Source: Melioribacteraceae bacterium (lineage in GTDB: Bacteria > Bacteroidota > Ignavibacteria > Ignavibacteriales > Melioribacteraceae). From it: a stretch of 64,000 bases of DNA. Positions 34,960 through 45,422 of this stretch are shown one piece after another. Position 1 is the stretch's first letter. The number at the start of each line of letters is the position of its first letter. The notes beneath the pieces are model-generated. The model made no database searches, was not told the origin of the DNA, and worked only from the letters and a program-made list of their open reading frames with translations. Position numbers and translations under genes: made by a program. Location of the stretch: NCBI GenBank assembly GCA_016342755.1, contig JAEINS010000018.1, positions 19,279-83,278 of the forward strand. Reading direction: 5' to 3'.

Positions 34960-35604
34960 ATGTGTCGTTCAAATTTATTATTTGTATTTTTTATAATAAA
35001 CATCTGTTTATGCAGCAGTATAAGTGCACAATTGGATGACGAGGGAAAAGAAACAGACGAATATCCTAAGCACGGAATTGATCTAAGAATATCGATGTGG
35101 AAAAGTTCGTCACAGACGGCGGTTTCTGTTGGTCTGCGTGGAGTTACCGTTGATGCCGGAACGGGAAATATGGGCGGAGGAATAATGTACAATTTTTATC
35201 CAAACGCTGACTATGCTTTCACTTTTAGCGCGGGCTTGTTATCGGCTGAAGTTAAGGTAGAAACATTTAGCAACTATACCAGCTCACTTATTCCAATAAT
35301 GATGGGAGTAAAATATTTTATAATACCCGCAAATAATGATCAGCCGTTTAGACCTTACATTGCCGGAATGGCCGGGGCGTTAATGGGATCACAATCGGGT
35401 GTAAGCCTTTTATCGGTTGAATCGCGTACAGAAACAGCTATGGGCGGATATTTAGGTTTTGGAGCGGATATGGTATTGGGAAGATTAATTAAAGTTCATG
35501 CCGAGCTGGGTTATAATTTGTTCACAGAATTTGAGCAGCCTATTGGCAGTAAAGATGATTATAGCGGTCCGGAATTTACATTCGGGATAGGTTTTATTTT
35601 TTAA
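34960..35604 (+). CDS. Small outer-membrane beta-barrel protein
   Basis: Signal peptide, alternating hydrophobic strands, and a C-terminal FTFGIGFIF ending in Phe. Confidence 0.6.
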   Translation: MCRSNLLFVFFIINICLCSSISAQLDDEGKETDEYPKHGIDLRISMWKSSSQTAVSVGLRGVTVDAGTGNMGGGIMYNFYPNADYAFTFSAGLLSAEVKVETFSNYTSSLIPIMMGVKYFIIPANNDQPFRPYIAGMAGALMGSQSGVSLLSVESRTETAMGGYLGFGADMVLGRLIKVHAELGYNLFTEFEQPIGSKDDYSGPEFTFGIGFIF

Positions 35605-35818
35605 GCCGATTGTTTTTATGGAGTGAAATTGATTTTATTAATTGAGTTAATTCTGAATTGAAAATTTTTAATTTGATGATATAACCACATTCTTTATGCT
35701 TATTAAAATCAATTACCACTGTTTTGGTAATATAATTGAACTGGCTTGAACCTTACCGGCTTTGTTGTGTTCAACTATTTAATTATTTTTAGCTTCATAT
35801 TATTTTACAATTGATCAA

Positions 35819-37849
35819 ATGAAAAAATACTTTAGTCTATTAATTATAATTATAGCTTTGCAGAATCCGGTTTTAGCTTACTTTGAATATCAGGTTAAAC
35901 CTGATTCCACAATTATAGCTGATTCGCTTCTAACAAATGATTCCTTAAAAACTGAAATGGAAAAGCAGGATCATATTCCCAACAAGGGCTTTATAACTCA
36001 TTCAGATTATCAGACAATTATCACAAAAAAAGAAATTCAGCAAATGGATTATAAAAACGCCGGGAATCTTTTTTCAAATTCTTCATTTGCTTTTTTGCGC
36101 GATCTTGGCTCTTTTGGTAAACCGGATGAACTTCTTTTTAACGGATACGGCTACAATAATATTTCCTACCTGGAAAACGGAATTTCAATTAATACCAGAT
36201 TAAATAATTCCCTTTATCTAAACACGATTCAGACGGAAAGTATTGATTCACTTGAATATATCCCGCTTTCAAGAGGATTTCTTTATGGAACTGTCGGGAA
36301 TCCGGTAAGCGTAAATTTTATTACGCGTGATAACATTCAGAAGATGCCTTATACACGGCTAAGAATACTGCAGGGACCCGATGAAGAAGGCTATATAGAT
36401 GTTATATATAATGCGCGCATTTATAAAAAATTTAATCTTACATTCCAGGCTACAAACAGTGCTATAGAAGAAGATTTTGCGAATAGTAAATATTCATCGT
36501 GGAAAGTTTCTACTCGTTTAAGATATTTATATTCCTCAAAATTGAACATTGTTGGAAGTTTTAATTATTTTGACGGGACGACACATTTAAATGGCGGAAA
36601 TGATATAACTGCCGGAGATATTTATGATAATTTCAGTCCGAATATTGTATTATTTAGAAATAGATATCAAAAAAACACCAGGCACAATTATAACCTAAAA
36701 CTTCAGACAAAGTTTATAAAAAACGCACCGTTGGATATATCGTTCTATTATAATTATGACGAAGCAATTCATAAACAAAATACCGGCAGCAGCAGACAAG
36801 CTAATGTTCCTCAGATTTTCAATAACAATAAATCCACATTATGGGGAAGTTTTATCAGACAGAATTTGAATATCAGGAACTTCAATCTTGATCTGATTGC
36901 CAACTATGAAAGTATTGATACTAAAACAGATCTGGCTGGTATAAATTCTTCAAAGTCATATTTATCGCTATCCGGCAAAGCAGATATAACCTTGATAGAT
37001 TCAACAATTCATCCAACCGTTTTTGCAAAATACTTAAAACATTCTGTAAATAATTATATAGGATTTGGCGCTGACGGAATTATAAACTTCACAAATAAAA
37101 TTTCTCTGTTTGGAGGAGTTTCATATTTTGAAAGACCAGTTAATATTCTTGAAGAAACTTTGGCTTTTGAAGATGGATTTGAGAATAAACAAAAGTTTAA
37201 TAATATAGAACTCGGTGGAAAAATAGGATTCGAAAATTTAGATATTAAAGGATCGTTCTTCTACACAAGAAATAATAATGAACTATATCCAATTATTTAT
37301 CAATCTGCCGATTCACTTTTAAGTTCTGAAATTGGTGAGTACAGATCGGCAAATGTTGAACGTTCCGGAATTAATCTTGATCTGAAATTTAGCTTCTGGA
37401 AAATTATCACTCAAATTAATTCTAGCTATTATTTTAATTCTGATAACGATAAAACAAATCTACCGGAATATACTTTTTTTGGCGGGCTATATTTTATGGG
37501 CAGATTATTTAATGATAATCTTGATCTTAAAGCCGGGATTAACTTTTACAGCAGCGGATCACAAAACTACTATTCTTACGATTTTCAGCAAAGCAGAGCC
37601 GTTGCCCACTATTTTGATCCGCTAACTTTATCGCAGAAAAACTTAAACAAAACTCCGTCGCATATAAGTTCCGATAAAGCGGGGCAGAATTATTCACTCG
37701 ATTTATTTGTTGCCGGAAGATTCCAGGAATTAGCTATTGTTTACTTAACTCTGGAAAATGTTTTGAACCGCCAATATTATATTGTTCCCTACTATCCTAA
37801 AAGATCAATGACTTTCAGATTTGGCATTTCCTGGGAATTCTATAATTAG
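35819..37849 (+). CDS. TonB-dependent-receptor-like outer-membrane protein (divergent)
   Basis: Signal peptide, plug-like N-terminal region, about 550 aa of Y/N/S/F-rich beta-strand sequence, C-terminal RFGISWEFYN. Confidence 0.6.
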   Translation: MKKYFSLLIIIIALQNPVLAYFEYQVKPDSTIIADSLLTNDSLKTEMEKQDHIPNKGFITHSDYQTIITKKEIQQMDYKNAGNLFSNSSFAFLRDLGSFGKPDELLFNGYGYNNISYLENGISINTRLNNSLYLNTIQTESIDSLEYIPLSRGFLYGTVGNPVSVNFITRDNIQKMPYTRLRILQGPDEEGYIDVIYNARIYKKFNLTFQATNSAIEEDFANSKYSSWKVSTRLRYLYSSKLNIVGSFNYFDGTTHLNGGNDITAGDIYDNFSPNIVLFRNRYQKNTRHNYNLKLQTKFIKNAPLDISFYYNYDEAIHKQNTGSSRQANVPQIFNNNKSTLWGSFIRQNLNIRNFNLDLIANYESIDTKTDLAGINSSKSYLSLSGKADITLIDSTIHPTVFAKYLKHSVNNYIGFGADGIINFTNKISLFGGVSYFERPVNILEETLAFEDGFENKQKFNNIELGGKIGFENLDIKGSFFYTRNNNELYPIIYQSADSLLSSEIGEYRSANVERSGINLDLKFSFWKIITQINSSYYFNSDNDKTNLPEYTFFGGLYFMGRLFNDNLDLKAGINFYSSGSQNYYSYDFQQSRAVAHYFDPLTLSQKNLNKTPSHISSDKAGQNYSLDLFVAGRFQELAIVYLTLENVLNRQYYIVPYYPKRSMTFRFGISWEFYN

Positions 37850-38037
37850 TTTATTGCTTAATTACTAATTCGCAAAAATAATTAGAGACATATTTTCTCG
37901 TCCTTTTGGGCGAAATGTTCGCCTATCTGGAAGATTATCAATTACACAACTCCTTTTTTCAGCCATAATCGCTACTTTTTTCTTGGCACAATTGTTTATT
38001 AAGTTGATTATTACTAAATAAATTTTGCGAGGTTAAA

Positions 38038-38739
38038 ATGAAAAATTCAATTTTTATATTATTGATTGGCTTCTTATTTGTCGGCTGTCAAAACAGTTCT
38101 TCACCCGACGATGGAATTACGGAATCAAAATTAACATCTGATATTGAAGTAACTGAACTTGATTTTGTAGCGTTAAAGAGTACTCTTTCCGGCGATACGG
38201 AAATTTCGGATGCCGAAAAAGAGGGTCTGCTGCACATGAGAGAAGAAGAAAAACTTGCCAGAGATGTCTATAAATTCTATTCGGAAAAATGGGATTTAAG
38301 AGTTTTTGCTAATATTACCAAAAGTGAAGAAACCCATATGAGTGCCGTTAAAATTTTAATTGATCAGTTTGAACTGGAAGATCCAATAAAAGAAGAAGGT
38401 GTTTTTGAAAATGAAACACTTCAGCAATTATATAACGAACTTACAAATTTAACTGCTGATGATATTGATAAGGCAATATACAACGGACTTTTAATTGAAG
38501 ATCTTGATATAAATGATTTACAAAAGCTTATTGATGAAACTTTGAATGAAGATATTAAAATTGTTTATGGAAATTTACTCCGTGGTTCTGAAAATCATTT
38601 AAGAGCTTTTTATAGCCAGGCTCTTAAATATGAGGTTGAATATTCAGCTCAATACATTTCTCAGGAAAATTTTGACGAGATTATTTCTGCTTCCGCGCAA
38701 GGAGGCAATGGCCGGAGATGGAAAGGCGGAAGAAAATAA
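38038..38739 (+). CDS. DUF2202 ferritin-like lipoprotein
   Basis: Lipobox FVGCQ and a duplicated E..L..MREEEKLARDVY / E..H motif. Confidence 0.7.
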   Translation: MKNSIFILLIGFLFVGCQNSSSPDDGITESKLTSDIEVTELDFVALKSTLSGDTEISDAEKEGLLHMREEEKLARDVYKFYSEKWDLRVFANITKSEETHMSAVKILIDQFELEDPIKEEGVFENETLQQLYNELTNLTADDIDKAIYNGLLIEDLDINDLQKLIDETLNEDIKIVYGNLLRGSENHLRAFYSQALKYEVEYSAQYISQENFDEIISASAQGGNGRRWKGGRK

Positions 38740-38758
38740 AACTAAGTTCCCACTAAAA

Positions 38759-38795
38759 AATCAGCATAATATAAAAAATATATTGTGCTGATTTT
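38759..38795 (+). terminator. Intrinsic terminator
   Basis: 15-bp stem AATCAGCATAATATA / TATATTGTGCTGATT (one G:U pair), followed by a short T run. Confidence 0.6.
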
Positions 38796-38997
38796 CAATT
38801 AATACAATCCCGAACCATCCATAAATATACATTTCATAACTTATTGTAAGTATTTGTAAAACTTATTAAACTTAATAAGCATAACTTATTATTTTCAATA
38901 AAGTTGCAGATATAAAACCGCCCAAATCATTTAGGAATATTCATTTTTAACTGGCATCATTTTGGTGCGGTTTATTTGTTTAGGAAAATTAATATTC

Positions 38998-41832
38998 ATG
39001 AGGAATTTAATGAAATTCAAAATTTTGATTTTTACACTTTTATTGCCAATTATATTTTCTGCCCAGGTTATAACATGGAACCCGGTTTACTTAACTGAAG
39101 ATGATTCGGTTACAATTATTTTTAATGCTGCCGAAGGAAATAAAGGTTTAGAAAATTATAATACAGATGATGTTTACGCGCATGCCGGAGTTATTACGGA
39201 TGCAAGTACAGGTCCAAGCGACTGGCAGCACGCCCCGGCATGGGGAGATAATAGTCCCAAATATAAATTAAAATTTATAGGCAACAATTTATACGAACTC
39301 AAAATAACACCGAGTATAAAAGAATTTTACGGATTAAACGAGAGTGAACAGGCTATTAACCTTGCGTTTGTTTTTAGAAATGCGGCTCCTGACAGAGAAG
39401 GTAAGGATGTTAATAATGCTGATATTTTTCTTCCGCTTAGATCTGGATTTTCTGTTTTATCGCCTGCAAAAGAAGTTACATTTCTTAATCCAAATCAGAC
39501 TATAAATATTAAAATCTCCAAATCCGAAATAATTGATTCGCTTCAATTAATTATCAATAATACAAAAGCTTTTTCAACTTCTGAAGACACTTTGAGTTAT
39601 GACTATAAAACTATTGAGTTTGGAATTAAAAATTTTAAAGTAATAGGGTTTTCAAATAACGATACTCTTCAGGTTAAAACATTTCAGATTGTGCTAAACC
39701 AGGCAAATGTTGTTGAAGAACTTCCGGCAGGAATTACACATGGTATTAATTACAATACAGATAACTCGGTAACCCTGGCATTAATGGCTCCATCCAAAAA
39801 TTTTGTTTACCTTATTGGCGATTTTAATGACTGGCAGCTTGAGTCGGGTTATAGAATGAAAAAAACTCCGGATGATTCAACTTATTGGATAACACTAAAC
39901 AATATTGATCCGGATACAGAATATGGTTTTCAATATTTAGTTGACGGCAATTTAAGAATTGCGGATCCTTATACTGAAAAGGTACTTGACCAGAATAATG
40001 ACAAGTGGATTTCCGAAGCCACTTATCCAAACTTAAAAAAATTCCCACAGGGAAAAACAACCGGCATTGTTTCTACATTTCTTGTAAATGAATATGAATA
40101 TAATTTTGAAGTTAAAACTTTCGAGAAACCCAAAATTGAAGATCTTGTTGTTTATGAATTACTTGTCAGAGATTTTGTTTCAACACATAGCTATAGAACA
40201 TTGATAGATACTTTAAGTTATTTAGAAAAGTTAGGTATTAACGCCATTGAGTTGATGCCTATAAATGAATTTGAAGGAAATGAAAGCTGGGGATACAATC
40301 CTTCGTTTTATTTTGCGGCTGATAAATATTATGGAACACGAAACGATTTAAAAGAATTTATTGATGAATGTCATAAACGCGGCATAGCCGTTATAATTGA
40401 TATGGTACTTAATCATTCATATGACCAGTCCCCATTTGCCCAGTTATACTGGGATACGCAAAACAGCAGACCGGCAGCAAATAATCCATGGTACAATACA
40501 GTATCTCCAAATCAATCCTATTCATGGGGAAATGATTTTAACCACGAAAGTCCATATACAAAAAAACTAGTTGATCGTGTAAATTCTTATTGGATAAACG
40601 AATTTATGGTAGATGGTTTCCGTTTCGATTTTACAAAAGGTTTCACACAAAAGCCCGGCGATGGCTGGTCATACGATGCATCGAGGATTTCAATTCTTAA
40701 AAGAATGGCGGATAAAATCTGGGAAGAAGATCCTAATTCCTATATAATATTAGAACACTTAGCGGAAAATAGCGAAGAGAACGAACTTTCCAATTATGGA
40801 ATAATGCTTTGGGGAAATTTAAATCATAATTATAATGAAGCAACAATGGGCTACAATACTGGCAGCGGTTCTAACTTTAACGGTGTTTCGTATAAATCAC
40901 GCGGATGGAGTTATCCTAATTTAGTTGGATATATGGAAAGTCATGATGAAGAAAGATTAATGTTTAAAAATCTTGAATATGGTAATTCTAATGGCGCATA
41001 CGATATTCAAACTCTAAACATAGCATTGCAAAGGATTAAATTAGCATCCGCGTTTTTCTTTACAATCCCGGGTCCAAAAATGATTTGGCAGTTTGGTGAA
41101 CTTGGTTATGATTATTCAATTGATTATAATGGACGAATAGGGAATAAGCCGATTAAATGGGACTATTTAGAAGATATAAACCGTAAACGACTGTATCAGA
41201 CAATGTCCGCTTTAATAAAACTTAAAACAGAAAACGAAGTTTTTACTACTGATAATTTCGAACTGTCATTAAGCGGTGAGACAAAGAAAATTTCGTTAAG
41301 TCATTCGAGTATGGCACTTCTGGTATTAGGTAATTTTGGGGTTACCGAAAATACAATTGATCCCGGCTTTAGATATGGCGGAACCTGGTATGATTTTTTT
41401 GCTAATGACAGCATCAGTGTATCAGACACACATGGACTAATAACACTTGCCGCCGGTGAATTTAAAATTTACACAACTAAAAAATTAGCGGCTACTGATC
41501 CCGATATAATTTTGGATGTTGAAGAAATCGAAAACTCAGAGCTGCCGGACAATTATTCACTAAAACAGAACTATCCAAATCCGTTTAACCCTGCTACAGT
41601 TATAGAATATTCAATTCCATCTGCGGCAACACGCGGCGGAGAATCAGTTCAGTTAAAAGTTTACGATATACTTGGAAATGAAATTGCCATGTTAGTAAAC
41701 AAAGTACAGAGTGCCGGTTCTTACAAAGTAGAATTTGATACATCCCGGTATAACTTAGCATCCGGAATTTATTTTTACCAAATACAATGCGGAAGTTTTG
41801 TAAATACTAAAAAAATGATGCTCCTAAAATAG
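38998..41832 (+). CDS. GH13 alpha-amylase-family glycoside hydrolase with N-terminal beta-sandwich modules and a T9SS CTD
   Basis: GH13 regions I-IV (VIIDMVLNHS, GFRFDFTKG, ILEHL, YMESHDE) and the CTD NYPNPFNPAT...KKMMLLK. I prefer the ATG at 38998 over the ORF-track start at 38962. Confidence 0.85.
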   Translation: MRNLMKFKILIFTLLLPIIFSAQVITWNPVYLTEDDSVTIIFNAAEGNKGLENYNTDDVYAHAGVITDASTGPSDWQHAPAWGDNSPKYKLKFIGNNLYELKITPSIKEFYGLNESEQAINLAFVFRNAAPDREGKDVNNADIFLPLRSGFSVLSPAKEVTFLNPNQTINIKISKSEIIDSLQLIINNTKAFSTSEDTLSYDYKTIEFGIKNFKVIGFSNNDTLQVKTFQIVLNQANVVEELPAGITHGINYNTDNSVTLALMAPSKNFVYLIGDFNDWQLESGYRMKKTPDDSTYWITLNNIDPDTEYGFQYLVDGNLRIADPYTEKVLDQNNDKWISEATYPNLKKFPQGKTTGIVSTFLVNEYEYNFEVKTFEKPKIEDLVVYELLVRDFVSTHSYRTLIDTLSYLEKLGINAIELMPINEFEGNESWGYNPSFYFAADKYYGTRNDLKEFIDECHKRGIAVIIDMVLNHSYDQSPFAQLYWDTQNSRPAANNPWYNTVSPNQSYSWGNDFNHESPYTKKLVDRVNSYWINEFMVDGFRFDFTKGFTQKPGDGWSYDASRISILKRMADKIWEEDPNSYIILEHLAENSEENELSNYGIMLWGNLNHNYNEATMGYNTGSGSNFNGVSYKSRGWSYPNLVGYMESHDEERLMFKNLEYGNSNGAYDIQTLNIALQRIKLASAFFFTIPGPKMIWQFGELGYDYSIDYNGRIGNKPIKWDYLEDINRKRLYQTMSALIKLKTENEVFTTDNFELSLSGETKKISLSHSSMALLVLGNFGVTENTIDPGFRYGGTWYDFFANDSISVSDTHGLITLAAGEFKIYTTKKLAATDPDIILDVEEIENSELPDNYSLKQNYPNPFNPATVIEYSIPSAATRGGESVQLKVYDILGNEIAMLVNKVQSAGSYKVEFDTSRYNLASGIYFYQIQCGSFVNTKKMMLLK
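41542..41832 (+). repeat. T9SS CTD-coding repeat, copy C (more diverged)
   Basis: Shares the aactatcc.aatccgtttaaccc core and the aaaaaaatgatgct terminus with copies A and B. Confidence 0.6.
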
Positions 41833-41840
41833 TATTAAAA

Positions 41841-41873
41841 AGGAACCCAATATTTTTAAAATATTGGGTTCCT
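41841..41873. terminator. Perfect 15-bp stem / 3-nt loop hairpin after the amylase gene (no T tract on the plus strand)
   Basis: AGGAACCCAATATTT-tta-AAATATTGGGTTCCT. Confidence 0.5.
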
Positions 41874-41938
41874 GATAACACACGGAACATCTGTTAAAAT
41901 TTCTTTTTCTGCTGTAAAACTTTTCTTATTATTCATTC

Positions 41939-42406
41939 ATGAAAAACTGGATACTTTCACAAATCGATTTTAACTGTCGGGCAAATAAAAAAATCATTGA
42001 TGTTCTTAAGTTAAATGATATAAGACCAAAACGATGTATAAAACTTTTGAGTCATTTAATAGCTTACCAGGATATGTGGTACGAAAAATTAAAAAAACAT
42101 ATAGAGTTTAACATTGCGGTCTGGGATACTTATACGCTTGTAGAGTGTGAGATACTAAATAAACAGAGTTGGAGCCATTGGCAAAATTTAATAAAGTATA
42201 AAAAAAGGGACGCGCTCTTCGAAAACTTCACTTATCGTAATTCCGCGGGTATTCCTTCTGAGATGATGCTGATTGATATTACAAAGAATATATTTGAACA
42301 TTCGGCGCATCACCGGGGGCAGATAGCTTTATTACTGAAGCAAAACAAGATTGAGCCGCCTGATCTTTCTTATTTCTCATTTACAAATGAAGACCCGGTT
42401 ACTTAG
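41939..42406 (+). CDS. DinB-family (DUF664-like) four-helix-bundle protein
   Basis: 155 aa. C-terminal H.AHHRGQI motif and an N-terminal His-containing helix. Confidence 0.65.
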   Translation: MKNWILSQIDFNCRANKKIIDVLKLNDIRPKRCIKLLSHLIAYQDMWYEKLKKHIEFNIAVWDTYTLVECEILNKQSWSHWQNLIKYKKRDALFENFTYRNSAGIPSEMMLIDITKNIFEHSAHHRGQIALLLKQNKIEPPDLSYFSFTNEDPVT

Positions 42407-43151
42407 TAAGCTCAGCCAGTAAAACAGCCGATGCAGAAGCTACATTTAAGGATTCTACGCTGCCAAGTTTTGGAATTGTTAATTTAGTATTAGTAATTTC
42501 AAGAAGTTCTTTGGATGGACCATTAGCTTCGTTACACATCACTAAAATACTTTTTTCATTTATTGAACTTTCGTAAAGATTCTGCCCGTTCATATCAGCG
42601 GTTAAAATATTATAATCTTTGTATAACTCACGCAGATCAAAAACAAACCGCGAAGACTCAATTATATTAAGATGAAACACAGCTCCCATTGATGAACGCA
42701 ATACCTTCGGGTTAAAAACTTCGGCACAGTTCTCACTAAGAATTATTGTTTTAATCCCGAACCAGTCGCTGTTTCTTAAAATTGTACCAAGGTTGCCCGG
42801 ATCAGAAATACTTTCCAAAGCAACAATAAGTTTTTCTTCAATTGTGGTTTTAGTATTCAAAAAACTTTTAACCACCGCAACTATGCCCTGTGGCGATAAA
42901 GTATCACATAGTTTTTTGAAATCTTTTTCTTTTACAATTTCACTTTTAATTTTAGAGCCTTTAATCAGTCTAATAAATTCAGCGTTATTCATCTCAAAAT
43001 TTTCGGTAAAAAAAACAATCTCAATTTCATAAGATGAATTCAATAATTCCGAAACAAGCCTTTTCCCTTCCGCAAGAAATTTATTTTCAAGCTTTCTAAA
43101 CTTTTTTGAGTTAAGCGATGAATAATATTTTAGTTCGTTATTTGTGAGCAT
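42399..43151 (-). CDS. TrmH/SpoU-family RNA 2'-O-methyltransferase
   Basis: SpoU motifs (DPGNLGTI.R, N.ANGPS, LNVASASAVLL) and an N-terminal substrate-binding domain. Confidence 0.85.
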   Translation of the reverse strand: MLTNNELKYYSSLNSKKFRKLENKFLAEGKRLVSELLNSSYEIEIVFFTENFEMNNAEFIRLIKGSKIKSEIVKEKDFKKLCDTLSPQGIVAVVKSFLNTKTTIEEKLIVALESISDPGNLGTILRNSDWFGIKTIILSENCAEVFNPKVLRSSMGAVFHLNIIESSRFVFDLRELYKDYNILTADMNGQNLYESSINEKSILVMCNEANGPSKELLEITNTKLTIPKLGSVESLNVASASAVLLAELTK

Positions 43152-43310
43152 AAATTATTATTGAATAAGAAAAAGGAAAGATAAATTATTATGATCAAAT
43201 TTTAAAACTGTGAAACATAAATTAGATCACTATTAATTAATTTTATTGAATTAGATATAGAATTTACCGGTTCATGTAATAGATTGAATTAAAAAACAAG
43301 TCGGCTAATT

Positions 43311-43736
43311 TTAAGAAAACGCTACGGGATATTTTTCAAGATAAGGTTTCATTAAAAGATCTTCATCAATAATGTGATTAATTAACCAGTTTCTCAAAAA
43401 TATTATTATATTATCGGCTTTTTCAGTTAGTTCCTCTAAAGATTTTTCCCCGCTTATATCTTTTTTCAGAGTTTCTAATTCATTTAAAAGTTTAGTATGC
43501 GAATGTTTCTGCTGTAAACTCTTGTTATATTCAATTTTTCTTTGAATTGATTCTTCTCTTCTAAAATGATTAACAGAATATTCATGGAGCTGATTAAATA
43601 CCTCTAATAAAAAACTTATATTTTCTTTGCATAACAGCAAAAGTTCTACCGTATTTATAAGGTTTATCAGGAACTGATGATCATGATCAATTAGTTCGTT
43701 CGAAACACTTAATTTTTTATTCCATATAATTGGCAT
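43311..43736 (-). CDS. Hemerythrin-like metal-binding protein
   Basis: ID.DH..L..L, H..EE and WL..HI...D motifs. Confidence 0.75.
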   Translation of the reverse strand: MPIIWNKKLSVSNELIDHDHQFLINLINTVELLLLCKENISFLLEVFNQLHEYSVNHFRREESIQRKIEYNKSLQQKHSHTKLLNELETLKKDISGEKSLEELTEKADNIIIFLRNWLINHIIDEDLLMKPYLEKYPVAFS

Positions 43737-43954
43737 TTTTTTATCTCCTTAATTGTTGCTTAATCCAAATTGACAAAAAACAAAATATAATTCGCTTTAT
43801 AATAAACCGAATTTATGGTTAATACTAGTTAAAATATCAGTTTATTTGGAGCAATAAAAAGGCAAAAGTGCAGAGCTAATCCATACTAGTAATTCCTGCA
43901 AAATAAGATAATAATTCTTATTTTAGTGAATCGAAAAAATTATCCAGAATAAGA

Positions 43955-44713
43955 ATGAAAGTATACGAAAAAATAGAATCTATAATTGAAGCAAAAGGTG
44001 CCGCATATTTTATTTTAATAGATCCGGATGATATTGATCTGGAATCGCTAAGCATGTTTGTAAAGCATTGTGAAGATTCCGGGGTTGATGGATTTTTAGT
44101 CGGCGGAAGCCTAATGATAAACGGATACTTTAATAAATTTATTGAAACAATTAAAAATAATTGTTCTCTTCCGGTTGTTTTATTTCCCGGTAATGTAAAT
44201 CAGCTTTCGCCTTCTGTTGATGCACTTCTCTACATTTCCCTTATCAGCGGAAGAAATCCCGAGTACTTAATTGGTCAGCATGTTTTAGCAGCGCCAATTA
44301 TTAAACAGTATAAAATGGAAGCTATTTCAACAGGATACATTTTAATCAATTCAGGAAAAACAACAACAGTTGAGTATATCAGCGATACAAAACCAATCCC
44401 GGCAAATAAGCCTTCTATAGCTTTGGCAACAGCTTTGGCCGGAAAGTATATGGGAATGAAGATGTTATATCTCGAAGCCGGTTCCGGTGCCGCTGAAGCT
44501 GTGCCAAATGATACAATTAAATTAATTTCGGATGAGTGCGGAATTCCTCTAATTGTTGGCGGCGGAATAAAAGATAGTTATACTGCCCGCGAAAAAGTTT
44601 TAAATGGCGCAAGTGTTGTTATAACGGGCAATTATTTTGAAAATAAATCGAATTGGAATAAGATAAAAGAATTTGCAGATGCTGTTCATATTAATGAATC
44701 GAAATTAGTATAA
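43955..44713 (+). CDS. Geranylgeranylglyceryl-/heptaprenylglyceryl-phosphate synthase family (PcrB/GGGPS) protein
   Basis: 252 aa TIM-barrel. LIDPD, GVDGFLVGGS, YLEAGSGA and LIVGGGI motifs. Confidence 0.75.
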   Translation: MKVYEKIESIIEAKGAAYFILIDPDDIDLESLSMFVKHCEDSGVDGFLVGGSLMINGYFNKFIETIKNNCSLPVVLFPGNVNQLSPSVDALLYISLISGRNPEYLIGQHVLAAPIIKQYKMEAISTGYILINSGKTTTVEYISDTKPIPANKPSIALATALAGKYMGMKMLYLEAGSGAAEAVPNDTIKLISDECGIPLIVGGGIKDSYTAREKVLNGASVVITGNYFENKSNWNKIKEFADAVHINESKLV

Positions 44714-44741
44714 GAGCATCTTATTTTTTTAAGGAAAAACT

Positions 44742-45326
44742 ATGAATGAAAATTTTATAAAAGAATCATTAGAAGAAAGCGCAAAGGTAAAGCTTGATAT
44801 CATTGAACATTGTTCGGAGGGTATTATTTCTGCGGTTAACCTTCTAACCGATGCAATCGTGAACGGGAAAAAACTTCTGCTTTGCGGAAATGGCGGCAGT
44901 GCTGCTGATTGTCAGCATATTGCTACAGAATTTATGATTCGTCTCTCGCACGATTTAGACAGACCCGCGATAGCCGCGATAGCTTTAACTACTGATTCTT
45001 CAAATCTTACTGCTGGCGGAAACGATATTGGATACGAAAATATTTTTGCCAGAAATGTTGAAGGTCTTGGCAACAATGGTGATGTTTTAATCAGTATTTC
45101 TACAAGCGGAAACTCAGGTAACATTATAAAGGCTATAGCAAAAGCAAAAACAAAAGGATTAAAAACTGTAGCGTTACTTGGAGGAACCGGTGGAAAAATT
45201 GATGGCACTGTTGATCAGGCTATTATAGTTCCCTCTGCCAATACTCAAAGAATTCAGGAAGGACATATAACCATTGCGCATATTATTTGTGAGATGGTAG
45301 AAAATAAATTATATGGGAATAAATAA
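44742..45326 (+). CDS. gmhA: D-sedoheptulose-7-phosphate isomerase (SIS domain)
   Basis: CGNGGSAADCQHIATEF, ISTSGNS and QE.H motifs. Confidence 0.85.
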   Translation: MNENFIKESLEESAKVKLDIIEHCSEGIISAVNLLTDAIVNGKKLLLCGNGGSAADCQHIATEFMIRLSHDLDRPAIAAIALTTDSSNLTAGGNDIGYENIFARNVEGLGNNGDVLISISTSGNSGNIIKAIAKAKTKGLKTVALLGGTGGKIDGTVDQAIIVPSANTQRIQEGHITIAHIICEMVENKLYGNK

Positions 45327-45422
45327 AAAGAATCAAAATAATTTTACACTTTTACTCCGCTAAGTGTAATTGTAAAAGTTCATTTATTCAGTTCCCGATA
45401 AATCTAAAATGAGAGGAAGAAA

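Noticed and set aside
37984-38000. TGGCAC-aattg-TTTAT upstream of the DUF2202 gene, considered as a sigma-54 promoter.
   Set aside because: The -12 box (TTTA) has two mismatches to TTGC, and the GC dinucleotide is absent.
45350-45385. The inverted repeat TTACACTT-(10 nt)-AAGTGTAA upstream of aconitase, considered as an IRE-like or riboswitch element.
   Set aside because: It is an 8-bp AT-rich stem with no further conserved structure. It is more simply a weak gmhA terminator or a chance match.
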